The notes below the pieces were generated by a model that did no database searches, was not told the origin of the DNA, and saw only the letters and a program-made list of their open reading frames with translations. Below are positions 11,648 through 24,634 of a DNA stretch of 64,000 bases, one piece after another; the first letter of the stretch is position 1; each line of letters starts with the position of its first letter. Made by a program: the position numbers and the translations under genes. The DNA comes from Vitrella brassicaformis CCMP3155 (Eukaryota; Protista; Chromerida), in NCBI GenBank assembly GCA_001179505.1, contig CDMY01001052.1, forward strand, positions 1 to 64,000, read 5' to 3'.

Positions 11648-13453
11648 TCACTTATTTCCGGGCTGCGACAAAGCGACAAAGTCCACATCGCCCAACTCCC
11701 TAAGACACAACAGACAGACAGACAGACAGACGGAGAGAGAGAGACGGACACACACACACACACAATGGGTGTGTCAATCAAACGAGGCAGCCCAGCCGCC
11801 GCACCCAAGCCAGCCACCCACCGACCTGTAGTCTGTCCAGTGTCTAATGAGGAAGAAGACGCCGAATATGAAGCAGCAGCCGCCCACAATGAAGTAGGAG
11901 TAGGCCAGAAAGAAGTTCCGCCCCCCCAGCCACGTAACCGTCGACAAAATGATCCACTTCTCGCCGCCAAACGACTTCACCGGCCACCCTAAACACAAAC
12001 ACACATCCAATCCACCATACGAACGAACCGTCTCTCTCTCTCTCTCTCTGTGCGTGCGTGTGTGTGTGTGTGTGTGTTGGGTTACTGCTTTGAATGGTGA
12101 CCGTGACGGGCAGCGCGACGTCTTGGTTGATCTTGCCCCAGAGTTTCCTGCGCACACACAGAGAGACAGAGAGACAGAGAGACAGACAGACAGACAGACA
12201 AGAGTGAGAGACAGAGAGACAGACAGACATGTGGACGAGTGTGTGTGGTTGGTTGGTTGCTTGCCTGAAGTTTGGTAGCCCCGCGAGTCTCATCCAGTTC
12301 ATGAAGTGGCCATCCTCTATGCCGCCGGGGAATATCAGCCTGAAAAACCAACCAATACACACACACACACACCCCGACAGGCGCACAGAGGTCCACATCC
12401 ATCCATCCATCGACTCACACACTCCCTCACTCGGTGCCAGTGTCTGTCCGGTATGGGTTGAATTCCCCCTGGCTGGTTGGGACATACGTCTTGAGCCACT
12501 CCACCACCCTGCCGCTGTTGGGCGGGTTGTGATACTTGTGCTTTCTCTCGGTATTCCTGAAGACAGACAGACACACACACACACACAGACAGCCAGCCAC
12601 GTGTGTGTGTGGGTCGGTGGGTGTGATCAGATTGGGTCGGATCGGTCGGACCATGAGATTGTTTCAGCTCTGGTGTCGACGCGCAGCGGTCCTGCGGCGT
12701 CGGAGAACTCAAATGTGTCGTTGAAGACCGACTTGGCAAACATGCCGCACGGCAGCAGCAGCTTGCCGTAGTAGCTAGAGGTGGGATCGGTGGGATCGGT
12801 AGAGTTGGGATCCGTCACCTGCAGACGCACACACACACACGCACAGAGAGAGAGCTGCTGTGCTGCTTGTTCCATCCACCACGCATCCATCGCTCGCTGA
12901 CCTCGATCCACGGCTCGCATCCCTCCAGATCTGTCCTCGACGTGACGATCTTGCCCCTGAGCTGCTCCTCATTCCTCGACTCAAACAGCAGCCTGTGTGT
13001 CTGGTAGAACTTCTCCACCCGGTAGTAGACGAACACCGGCCCCTCGATCCCCCGCCCCTTCCTCTTCCCCACACAGTCGTCCTCCGTCAGCTGCAGCCTG
13101 ATCACCGTCACGGGCGCGTTCCTGTTGGTGGCCTGATCCCCAGGCACGTTGTCATATCTCTTCATGCACTCGTATATGTCGCTGGAGGCGTCGTACATCA
13201 GCCCTCCCAACCCGAGAAACACCGCCGCCACACCGATAAAGCTCGCTATCACCACGTTCGGAGTGATAATCGGCCGCCACGCCCGCAGGTTCTGCTGCGT
13301 GAACTCCCGCCGCACTCTGCCCCACTTGGAGTAGCCGATGGAGCCCTCATGCGGCAGAGAGCGGGGCGGCGAGCTGGAGGCCGACTCTTCATGCTCGTCG
13401 TGGGTGCGTGGCGTCCGTGTAGGCGGAGGGATGGCTCCCGGCCCGGCGGGCAT
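11648..13453 (-). CDS. CDC50/LEM3 family P4-ATPase (flippase) beta subunit
   Basis: FTQQNLRAWRPIITP, VFVYYRVEKFYQTHRL, LLLPCGMFAKSVFNDTF, GHFMNWMRLAGLPNFRKLWGKI, VKSFGGEKWIILST..WLGGRNFFLA; the final exon ends PGNK-TGA. Confidence 0.93.
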
Positions 13454-13709
13454 GGTGATGATTGCGGCTCGGCCGTCGACGGTCACTGTGTTCCGATTCC
13501 TCTGGTCGATGACCAATGCACCAAATAAGAAAGACCACCGCCTTGCAGAGAGGTTGCTCAGCTGCCTTTGACTGTCTACTTCAGGAGAGAAAAACAGCAG
13601 CGCGATTTTTTCAGAAGCTCGCAAAGTCTGCGAGCTTAGCGCCGCGGAGGAAGGGAGTGGAAGATCTCGTCTGTCACCGATCCAGGAAAGGAGCAGCGTG
13701 TTGGTTGGC

Positions 13710-15988
13710 ATGGTGCCGCCTGTGTAAGTTGAGACGGGAGGGGAGAAAGATAAGCACACCCACCGCAAGTCCTTCGGCCGCCGACGCAGCCCTTCTGGCC
13801 GGCCCTGCCCGCCCTGCTTGTGTGCCTGTGTGTGTGCTGCAGTGAGGGCACCTCCCCGCCTCTATCGGACAACAAGCAAGAGGAAAAACCGAGCTCAGGT
13901 GACACAGAGGCAGATCATGTGGGTGTGGGGAGGGGGGAAGGACGGAGGCGCGCACACGCCTACCTGCTGTGCCCTCCCTGTGTGCAGACACGGACAGCAC
14001 TCAGCTGCAGTCGGCCACCAGCACGAGTGCGGACAACCCTCCCATGATGCCGCCCTCCGATACCCAGCCAGAGTCCAGCAACGACGCCGCCTCGTCGTCC
14101 CTCCACTCCCCGCCGCCATCCTACACACAGCCCACACACACCGACGAGCACCAACACACACACACCACCACCCACACACACGACAGGCCACCGCCCTCCG
14201 TCGAGAGGGATGACGACTTGGCCGGCAACAACAGCAGCAGCAACAACGAGGGCGAGTCGTCCACCAACAGCAATCACAACGAGGGCGACGAGGGTCTGAG
14301 TGAGAGCGGTCCGGCGAGCGGAGGGCACAATGCTGCGGGCGACGGGGAGAGGCCGGGAGAGGGCAGGAGAGTGAGGAGCGGCAGGGGACGCAATGGCCGC
14401 GGCGGAGGTAAGAGACAGACAGAGACAGACAGACAGACAGACGGACACCGTTCCTGTGTTCTTGATTGGCGTGTGTGTGTGTGGTTTGTTTTGTTTGGTT
14501 GCCCCGATGGGATGGACCCACCAGGTGGTGGTGGCAACGGGGGCGGCGGCGGCAGGTTTCAGCAGGTGTTCCACACGGCAGGTGGGATGCCCGAGTTTGT
14601 GGGCATGAGGACCATCAGAGACAGACCCACACCTGAAGGGTAGGTATTGTGTGTTGTCACTCAAAGAAGCCATCCAGCCAGCCAGCCAGCGCCACACCAA
14701 CCATCACACCAACGAGAGAGCATGTGTGTGTGTGTCGATGGCCAGGTATTACGAGTGCTCGTGGTCGCTGCAGCACGTGCCGCATGACTACTTATACGTG
14801 GTCAGTCACTCGTGTTATGGCCCGCCTGGTGCACCACCGACCTGCCACACACCTCTGTGTGTGTGTGTGTGTGTGTTCAGAAGCAGCCAGGTCGCGACAC
14901 CAAGCACTACCAGCTGGTGATGAAGGACGCCGTCAAGAGCAAGATCACAGCCATGGAGTCAAGAATATGCAAGCTACAGGTTTGCAGGCAAACTACGCAC
15001 ACAACCAAACAGAGACAGAGGGCCCGGTCCACACACACATCTCATCTGCATGGCATGGGCATGGGCAGTGCCCTCATCCCATGTGATTAGTGTAATGTCT
15101 GTGTGTGTCTGTGTGTGTGGTTGGTTGGTCTGCAGAAGAAGAACGACCTCTTGTCAGATGAGGTCAAGTTCCTGCGCGACGCTCTCAGCCAGATGCACTC
15201 CATCCACCAGTCGCAAGAGCAGCTCATCCGCAACCTCACATCGCAGCTACCCTCGAGCGGCCCCCCAACCGCCCCCACCACCCACTCCACCCACTCGCCA
15301 TTCCCGCCACCCCCACCAGCCGCCGCGGCAGCAGCGGCGGCATCAATGTTCCCCCCATCCACACACGCACCCAGCCAGCAGCCCCCACCGCCCCCCTTCA
15401 TGCCGTCGTATCCGCAAGACATGAACCTCAATATTGCGAGGATGCCGCCGCCGCCCCCAACCAGAGGGCCGATGGCGAGCGGCAGGTATGGCGGCGTGGC
15501 GAATGGGTATGCGGCCGGCGGTGGTGCGATGGCTGGGGGGCCGCTGGTCATCAGCCCGCCTGGGACTGCGGGCGGTGTGGGCGGCAACCGTGTTGTTGGT
15601 CTCGATTATGACGCCGTGTCCGATGGTGAGCTCACTCTTCGGATGGGTAAGCAGGCGATACAGACACGCAGAGACAGAGAGAACGGTTGTCTCACGGGCA
15701 TGTGCGTGTGTGTGTGTGCAATCGAAAGGTGATTTGGTGGAGGTGCTGCAGCGTGACCCATCTGGCTGGACGTTTGGTCGGCTGCTGTGGTCGTCCCACC
15801 AGTCGAATGCGCTGGACGCCGGGTGGTTCCCCGACGAGCTCCTCAACACGCACACGCAGCCACCACCGCCCTCGGCTGCAGCAGCTGCTGCTGCTGCTGC
15901 TGCCGGTCCACCTTCACACACACGGGCAACTCCTAATACAGGGGGGAGCGTGTGGAGCAGACAGCCGGGGTATGGCGGCAGGAGGTGA
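13710..15988 (+). CDS. Low-complexity, coiled-coil and C-terminal SH3 domain protein
   Basis: Phase-consistent exons start from MVPPV; coiled coil KITAMESRICKLQKKNDLLSDEVKFLRDAL; Pro-rich linker; SH3 LDYDAVSDGELTLRMGDLVEVLQRDPSGWTFG...AGWFPDEL. Confidence 0.75.
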
Positions 15989-16750
15989 TTGGTGGGGCTT
16001 GATTCATCTGAGTGCGTGTGGTGAGAGCTTGTGAGTGCCCGTGTGTGTGTGTGTGTGTGTATCGCAACGAGGCCGGCCGTGGTTGGATTGGATGAGTGGG
16101 TAGGAAGAGAAGGCAAGAGAGGGCAAGAGTTTTTTTGGGTCATTCGTTGATTGAGTCAGTCAGTCAGTCAGTCATCGCCCATCATCACATGCACGTATGT
16201 TGTGCATGGCGCGCATGGTGGGTGGGTGATGGGTGCATGATATCCCGGCTGGCCCGTCCGTCCCTTTTGTTTGTGTTTTGTGTGCGTTGCGTGTGTGCAG
16301 CCTGCAGCCAGCCCTTTCTACTGCCCCCCTCCCCTCCCCCCCGTCCCCTTGTTCTGTGTTGCCTAGCTGTCTCTCTACTGTTCGATCCTTGGCTGCTTCA
16401 TTCTCGATCCCGCTACCGTCCCTGCACAGGGCTCACTCTCCCTGTGCAGAGCAGGTGGCGGCAAGCGGGGCGAACACAGCAAGGTGCGAACAAGATGTGT
16501 CTTGAGGAACACTGCCCTCCATCACCAACTGCTATGCGTCCGACCTACCGAGATGGCCACAGGTAAGCGAGCGGCTCAGACAGGGCGCTTGCTGTGCGGC
16601 CTGCCTCCATACATGCGTTCCGGCGGCGGCGATCGACTTTTTCCCTCCTCTCTCGGCGAAGGTCTTGTGTGCGTGAGTCCGTGAGTGAGTGCCTAAGGGG
16701 CCGCTCTGACAGCCGCGGTTGTCGATATGGCGGTCTGTTTTCGGGAATTC

Positions 16751-16789
<39 letters not shown>

Positions 16790-18105
16790 GTTTGTGGCTA
16801 ATTGCGAGGATGGGCCGATTTTTTTGTCTGTTTGGACACCAGAGGAGAGGGGGGGAGGGGAGGGGAGGGAGCGTCAATCTAGATGGACAGCACCCATATG
16901 TACTCATTCGGCGAGAGTTTTTCAGCCCATACATCCTACATACCTGACTTCTTGTCTTGTGTCTTGTTCCTTCCTTGGTGTTGATACTTACCACCTACAC
17001 ACACTCTCACCCACACCCACACACGCCTACACACCTCCTTACTTCCCCACGCACCCGTCTCTGCACTGCAGGCCTTCGTGCGTGTGCAGAGTTTTTCCAC
17101 CTATGCCATCAGAGGCCCCTTCCTCCCTCCCTCCCTCCCTCCCTCCCTGCCGACACAGCACAGCTGCCATTTTGCTTTTGCTGTCAGGGCACTGCACACA
17201 CGATGGGAGGGCATGGAGGGGGGAGGGGGCCATGTGTCTTGCTCTTCCGCAGAGACACAAGAGTCCATGATTTGTTCAGACGGGGGCCGTGCATGTGACT
17301 TTTTTTGGGTATGCCTGAGTGAGGGTGAATGCGTTGAGTACGCTATGGCGTCGGGGTGCGGTGCGATGGGTTTGTTGATAGCGCGGTGCATGGGCATGGA
17401 GGACTCCGGGAAAGTAGGAGACGATTCAGTGGATTGAGTGTTATGTTAACTACGCTGACTGCGCACCTCCGTGACGGATTATGTCTGTGTGCGCGTTGTT
17501 TGTCAAGGGGGTGGGGTGGTGTTGCTCTGGTCTGTCTGGGTTGCTCCATCTCCCTCTTCCCCTTCCTCTTGTGCACACGACTGACTGAATGAATGACTGA
17601 CCGGTAAGTGGTCGTATACAGTCGATATTCCGATATCGATGCGATGCATGTCTGTGTGTGTCTGTGTAGATTGTTTGCATGGCGTGTTTTAGGGGCGGGG
17701 GGCGGGGTGTGTGGATGTTTAATCCTCACGTCATGGCTGGCTGGCTGGCCCACATACGCGCCGACACACTGACTCTTCAGGGAGGGTATGTGGGCACACA
17801 CACGCACACACACACATGCACACGCTGATCTGACCTCAGCTGACTTACATAATACAGACGTACGTTCTTGGCAGGACCGCCCGGCCCATACAACGAACGG
17901 ATCGATCATATGTGGATCATTTCATTCATGTGCAATCAATCGACTGAATGAATGAAGGAATCCTATCATCCTTTACACAGCCAAGCCACAGAGGCCACGA
18001 CCGACAAACACAGCGAGACAATGTCTGTCACAAAACTGAAAACAACAGTGGGCGAAAAAGAGAGAGAGACGAGCACCACTTGCTGGTCTGGTTGCTGGGC
18101 GAAAC

Positions 18106-21100
18106 CTACACCCCATGCATATGCAGCACGCCGGGCGAGTGTCCCTCCGACGCGTTGGTGCTCAGCTGCGATTGCCGCCTGCTGTCGTCGGAAGAACGAT
18201 CCACCTTCGTGCCCTCCGGCTGACCTTTCGGCGACCCAACGGGCACTAGGAACGAACCAGACGGACTCGACACAATGCTGTCAAGGGCAGCGCCGAGCAG
18301 AGTGAAGCTGGCCGACAGCCGCTGCTCGTCCAGCCCTCTGGTCCTGATGGTCTGTGCGGGCGAGACAGGGCTCAGATGTGCCTGTGGGGAGATCTCTGGC
18401 GACATTTCTGCGGATGATGTGTCGTCGTAGCGGGGTGTGGCGAGGCCTCTGAATGAGGGTGTGCCTGAGTAGAGGAGGGATGCGTGTCGCCGGGAGGCTT
18501 CGTTGAGGTCGAGGAGGGGTCGGTGTGGGGTCACGTCGGTGCTGTCGTCTTCCTCTAGGAGGGCCATGAAGTCCTGCAGACACAACAGACAGACAGACAG
18601 ACAGATGAGGAGATGGGACCGGAAGACGCCTGTGGTCGTGGTCACCTCAAAGTCGATGAATCCCTGGCCCTTCGAGTCGGCCTAAGATACCACACACACC
18701 AGACAATGCCTAGACACGCCAGAGACGTGTGTGTCGCCATGTCTCTGTCATGTTGACGTGCCCGTGTACCTGTTGGATAATCTCTCTGACTTTCTGCCGC
18801 CGTTCCTCGCGGTCCTGCAGCTTGCCCGTGACCCTGAAACTACGCCTGTCAGTCAGCAAAAGACACAGAGGCCGCGCCTGCCCGCCCAGATATTAGGAGA
18901 CGTATTCTGCTTACTACCCACCTCTTCATGCCTCGCTCCAGGGCAACCAGCAAGTTCTCTTCGGATATCTTCCCATCTGCAAACAACCGAATAAGCCACT
19001 GAGATGCCCTACGTTGGAGAGTGGCCGCGTGCAGGTGCTCGCCTCTGTTCAGATCAAATGAGTCGAACACCTCTCGGCACGTGTCGCGATTCAGGTACAC
19101 CTGCAGACCGACCGACAGACCGACAGACCGACAGACCGACCGACAGACCGACAGACCGACAGACCGACAGACCGACAGACCGACAGACCGACAGACCGAC
19201 AGACCGACAGACCGACCGACCGACCGACAGACAGACAGGGGTGATGGTGTGTGTATGCGGTGACCATGTCTCCCTCTATTGGCTGACCTTGCGGTCCAGG
19301 CAGCAGGCCAGAAAGTGCGTGTAGGATATCTTCCCCCTGACAAACAGAACAACCGTGGGGAGAGATCACCGTGTTTCATGCAAAGGCGATGGATGAGCCA
19401 TGTGTCATTCATGCCCATTGGTGGGTGCATTATTACTCACTCGTTGTCCGAGTCCACAGTCTCGGCCAGCTTGATCATGTCGTCAGGGAAATCACGCTCG
19501 GTGAGCACCTCTGTCACCTGCGACAGCGATATGGTGCCTGTAGGTAGTATACACACAAGCACGACCAAGAGAAAAAGAGAATTTCCCCTGTCATCTAAAT
19601 GAAGCGTGTCTCACCGGTGCCCTCGGTGTCCAGCTGCTCGAATACGAACCTGACAACAAACAGCAAACCGGCCAGGAATGAATCGATGAAGGGATCCGAT
19701 GCGCGGTTGAGACGCGCCCACCTGAGGCCTTCAATGTCGGCAGCCTTGACTCGCCTGGCCAGTGCAGTGAGGATCATCCGACGGAACTTCTTCTGCTTGC
19801 GGAAACTCGCACACCGCTGAATCGCCTCCTGCGTCAGGCCCTGAGAATCACACGACACAAGATGCGAAGCAAATGACGACAGCGCTCACGACGATGCCGT
19901 CTCTTCCAACTGATCGCTCACCGTTAGTGCACGCACGCGGCTGAGGGAATTGGCGGGGCTGTCACAGGTGGCCGCGAACTATATCCACACGGAAGCCGCC
20001 GGTCGCAGGAATGGAACGAAGGATGGATGGCTCGAGCTCACCAGTCTGAACCATGGGTGGCTGTAGGCCTGCAAGGCTGTCAGGCGGGTCTCGGGATTGC
20101 GGTCAAGCAGGCCCTTGATCAAATCTGAGAGGAGGAGGGCAAAAGCAGCATTTGGTTCACGTCGATTGGAGTTCACGCCGCTCACCGATCACTTCGGGTG
20201 AGCGATGTTTCCAGTCATGCTCGTGGAAGACAAGATCGCCTGATCACCCGCACCAGCATGCTGCTGGCGACTTCTGAGTGCTGCTGCTCTGCGATTCTCA
20301 CCGTCAGTGATCTGGCGGATGGTGGCTTGTGCCGTCTGACGCCTGATCGACATCAAGGAAGAGTCTCGCTGCTTGGTTATGTCACCTGCCCGTCTTGCTG
20401 ACCCGAATGGTGTGTAGCCGCAGAGGCTTGTGTACAGCACCACACCAACAGCCCACAGGTCGCACGCCTGAATGCACCGCACACAGACGCCAATCACCAC
20501 GCCATCCTCGCCCACCTTGCTCCGGCACCGACCTTGTTAAGTGGCTGTCCCGTGATGGTCTCTGGCGCCATGTAGTCAGGCGTCCCTTCGATGCTCCACA
20601 CGTCAAAGTCGTCAGGAGCTGTTTGATACACACTATTGATAATGGCATGAGACATGATCGTCGCCCACCAAGGTATGTCTTGGCGAGGCCGAAGTCGATC
20701 ATCTTGATGCGTCCCTTGGGCCCCTCAACGTCGAACAGGAAATTCTCAGGTTTGATATCTGCAAGGCAGGAAGGAAAGATATGGCGATTCTATGGCATGC
20801 GCTGCATACCGCGGTGGATGACGCCTCTGCCGTGGGAGTAGCGGACGGCAGAGAGAATCTGACGTGTCCACGCATCGATGTCCATAAGTGCATCGATCAA
20901 GCATGCACTGCCTCCTCACCTGCCTGAAGTACAGAGCCACAGTCTCCTCGTTGAAGTGCTCCGTGATCGCTATGCGGTCAAATAGCTCCCCACCTGACAT
21001 TATATCTCAGCCCGAACCTCATTCAAGAAATGCATGCCTTGTTTGCTGATTTTGTCTGCTGCTACCTGAGCAGATTTCCATGATCATATAAAGGTTGAAT

Positions 21101-23293
21101 TCGTCCTCAGTGGTCTCGACCAGCTTGATGATGTTTGGGTGGTCGAGCCGCTTCATAACCATGACCTCCAGACGCAGCGCCGCCATGCTCTCTGCAAGGA
21201 GGCTCTTGCGGATGACCTTACAGGCGTACACTTGGTCTGACAGCAGGTGCCGCACCGGCCACACCTTCCCAAATGCACCTGCCACCACAACAATGGAGCC
21301 GAGACACCTGCGCATGATGTCTCGACATACACACACCTTCGCCGATCGGCTTTGCTCCCATTTCATAGTCCGCCAAGCCCACATGCTTTGATGGTATACA
21401 CGTCTACAGCGAATCAACAAGACCATTAGCTCACCTTGTGCTGTTTGTGACATGCGTCTCTTCACTTGATGGTCAAAGAAGAGACTCTCCCGCACCCTTT
21501 TCCTTGCAAAATGGACGTCATGTTGCTCTTCCTCGTCGCTTGAATGCAGGTCGACGAGTGTCGCGTAGGGAGACCTCCCGCCCATCTCCCCATATGCAGC
21601 ATCGGAGGCACGAGCTGGCAACCCAAGCGACAGTGCTGGGTCCTTGTTGGGCATGCCCGACTCGTCTAGATGGCTCGACCGACCAATGAGCAGGAGAGGA
21701 AGGGCCAACGCGGGCCGTGGCGCCTCGGCGGGCCTGCACGCGAAATGAACGTCCATTCTCCTATCGGAGTCGTGTCTCCCTCACTCACTCATGCTGGTCT
21801 GCACCGGACGCCTTTCTGACAATACTGAGTCGTGAGGACCGGCGCCGGCCGCTGTGGCCTGATGGTTGTGAGACGTGTTCCCCGTCCTCGTATCCGGCGC
21901 GCCTGCTTCGAATGCTGCTGATGGGCAGTAGCAGAGTCGACGATTGAGCTGGGGCGGCACCAGGAGTGTACGTCACGTCCTGAAGCAACACCGAGCCCTT
22001 TCTGACAGCGTCCACCCTGCACTCACAAGAAGGCACGGCTCGATCTCTATTCACACTTATCAAATACGATCTGTGATCTCTTTCCCGTCTTACGGATTGG
22101 CGACAATGACATCCGATTGAGGGCTCAGCATTGTGTCATCGACTTCGAGGAAGATCTCGTCGTCCCCTTCATCCCTCTCCTCATCTTCCTGCTCTACAAC
22201 GACCTCCAGGAGAGGGTGGGCTACAGCAGGAGACGTCACCGGGGCGAACTTCGGTACTCTTGGGGGCAGGTCGGAGACACCTGCTTGCTGAGACGTCTCC
22301 TCGTGCCCCACCTCTGGCTCATCTGGCACACCGAGCAAGATAAAGTGGTTGACGAACTCACTGGTTGGCTCGCTGCACTGAGACTCTGAGCGAATGAGAG
22401 AGACAGGGCTCTTATGGCATAATGTGTGGAGGATCTTCTCGTTCTTACTAACTCCGAGACGACGAATCTGTAGTCCGGTCGTCCTGAGGAGTCAGCCGCC
22501 GAGAGGAGACGATTGAGTACCGGTGATTTCTCTTGGTTTTGCTCTCTGGGGACGTGCCAAAGAGCGACACGGCCCGGCGCAAAGGGCTCTGAGGCAAAGG
22601 TCGTGAGGCGGCACCCAAAGGGCTCCCGGGAGCGAATGCATACATGAGATGAGGGGACACATTCAACCCTGATCACAGACACAAGGTAGCCACATGCACA
22701 TTGCTGACAATGGTCCACTTCGCTCACTCACCCCATGAGTCGAAGACAATGCAGTCATGAAGAGGGACGGTGAGGACACGGTTGCCTGAAATCACATTAC
22801 ACATTCATTACATGCACCTACACAAGAGATCACATCCTTCTACCTTCGAAGGACTCGCATATGAACCGTTCCTCGACTTCAGCCGACGTCTCGTCATCGC
22901 CAGTGGTGCCTTTTCTAGTGGGCACTGGGAAGCGGGCCCGCAAGACATACTTGTACTGTATCTGCCCGTTCGCCGCAAACCGGTGATGCACGCTGCCCGA
23001 ACGACCAGATCTGTCAACAGCACACACACCATAATACGGTACGTCGGAGCCCATCTGTCGGCGTGTTCTGACCCATCGGCTGATCTGTTGAGATCTCCGA
23101 GGCAGTTTTCCTCGAGAATGGCCCAGTTGCCCAACGCAGGGTCGTCTCCAGTGATGAAAAGCGCCATCTCGGCGCCCCTCGCTTTGTTCAGGAGGTCACC
23201 CTCGTCGCTTCCGAGATAGACGCTGCACATGAACGCCACCGAGCTTGTTGGACGGCTCTTCTGGCGGTCACTGCTGCTCATGTGCCCTGCCAT
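18106..23293 (-). CDS. CBM20 starch-binding domain plus calcium-dependent protein kinase with four EF-hand-like loops (CDPK2-like)
   Basis: N-terminal ALFITGDDPALGNW...QIQYKYVL...ESFEG (CBM20 pattern); kinase IGEGAFGKV, YACKVIRK, IHRDIKPEN, IDFGLAK, GTPDYMAPE, DLWAVGVVLY; junction FRKQKKFRRMILTALARR; four EF-type loops. Confidence 0.88.
19105..19238. repeat. Intronic (CCGACAGA)n / (CCGA)n tandem repeat
   Basis: About 130 bp of octamer and tetramer units running up to the 3' acceptor of a CDPK intron. Confidence 0.95.
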
Positions 23294-23353
23294 CCCTTTC
23301 CGGTGTATTGAGGCAGAGAGAGAGAGAGGGGGGGGGGGGGGGGGGGGGGGGGG

Positions 23354-23653
23354 NNNNNNNNNNNNNNNNNNNNNNNNNNNNNNNNNNNNNNNNNNNNNNN
23401 NNNNNNNNNNNNNNNNNNNNNNNNNNNNNNNNNNNNNNNNNNNNNNNNNNNNNNNNNNNNNNNNNNNNNNNNNNNNNNNNNNNNNNNNNNNNNNNNNNNN
23501 NNNNNNNNNNNNNNNNNNNNNNNNNNNNNNNNNNNNNNNNNNNNNNNNNNNNNNNNNNNNNNNNNNNNNNNNNNNNNNNNNNNNNNNNNNNNNNNNNNNN
23601 NNNNNNNNNNNNNNNNNNNNNNNNNNNNNNNNNNNNNNNNNNNNNNNNNNNNN
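23354..23653. other. Assembly gap (300 N) preceded by a G homopolymer
   Basis: 300 N after about 25 G. Confidence 0.99.
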
Positions 23654-23703
23654 GGGGAAGGGAAAGATCGCCGGGGATTGGGGGCGAGACGGGGGCCGGG
23701 CGA

Positions 23704-23942
23704 TCGGTGCAGGGCATGGAGCTGCTGCAGCCGGTGAGCATTGTCCACAGCCACCAGACGGAGGCTTCCCATGCACTTCGTTGGGTGGGTTTCTTTGCGG
23801 GACTTTGCCCCACGAGACTGTACATGTATGTCCTGCACGTGCTCCTTTTCTGGGTGTTTGTCGGTGCAGGACATGGAGCTGCTGCAGCCGGTGAGCATTG
23901 TCCATGGTGACCAGACGGAGGGCCTGGCTTCCCATGCACTTC
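23704..23942. repeat. Imperfect direct repeat, two copies of about 80 bp, period 157 bp
   Basis: Copies at 23704-23779 and 23861-23942 share the exact core catggagctgctgcagccggtgagcattgtcca. Confidence 0.9.
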
Positions 23943-24634
23943 TACTGGGTGGATGCACTCACTGCCCCGGCCACGGGGCTTTGCAATTAATTGGCGGCCA
24001 ACAGCTGTCCCTGTGTGTCACTTCTGCTGGACTTAAGGCTTTAAGTGATGACAAGAACCACACGGACCACTGCCATTGCGGCGGCGTGCTCTTGCATTGC
24101 TCTGTCAACCGCAATGCAAGTGGGGCTTCCTGCGACAAAGCCCGTGAGATGCAATACGTACATGTGATCATTGTGATACCGTGTCATGACTTGCTCTGAT
24201 CTCTGTCCGACCTGCCGCATGTTCTCTTGCTGACTCTGTCCGACTGCCGCTGCATGTTCACATATGTCGCAGTGACCGATAGCAATTGGGTGTCAAAATG
24301 CGGACGAAGTGCGGATCTGTGCTTGCTGATGTCCTCAATTGTAGGTTCTTGGCTGGATTCGCACACGTGGCAGAGATCCACGCATTCACCAAAGGAGTGT
24401 TCGGCGCAAGCTTGACCTGTTTTGTCTCATGCGGTCGAGCGGTTTCACGGAGTCTTTCAGCGAGCTTGGACCCGTTTTGTCTCAGATCTTGCGAGCGACT
24501 TTGCCCATTCTTCTCTTCTTTCCATTCCATCCTCACACAAAGAGCATATCGAAAGGGAGGATCCGGGACAAGCGGCACCACATCTGCTCACAGCTCGCAT
24601 CTCTCTCTCCTCTCTCTCTCTCTCTTCGCAAGCC

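Noticed and set aside
19105-19238. Tandem array considered as CRISPR-like
   Set aside because: It consists of pure 4-8 bp units with no unique spacers, lies in an intron, and has no cas genes nearby.
23329-23353. G and C homopolymers (also 52177-52203) as G-quadruplex elements
   Set aside because: They sit at contig ends next to gaps, so their length and reality are unreliable.
24258-24330. Myosin-like motif TDPHFVRILTPN on the minus strand
   Set aside because: It matches TxPHFVRCIxPN spacing, but no other myosin motif or splice context is nearby, so it is probably chance.
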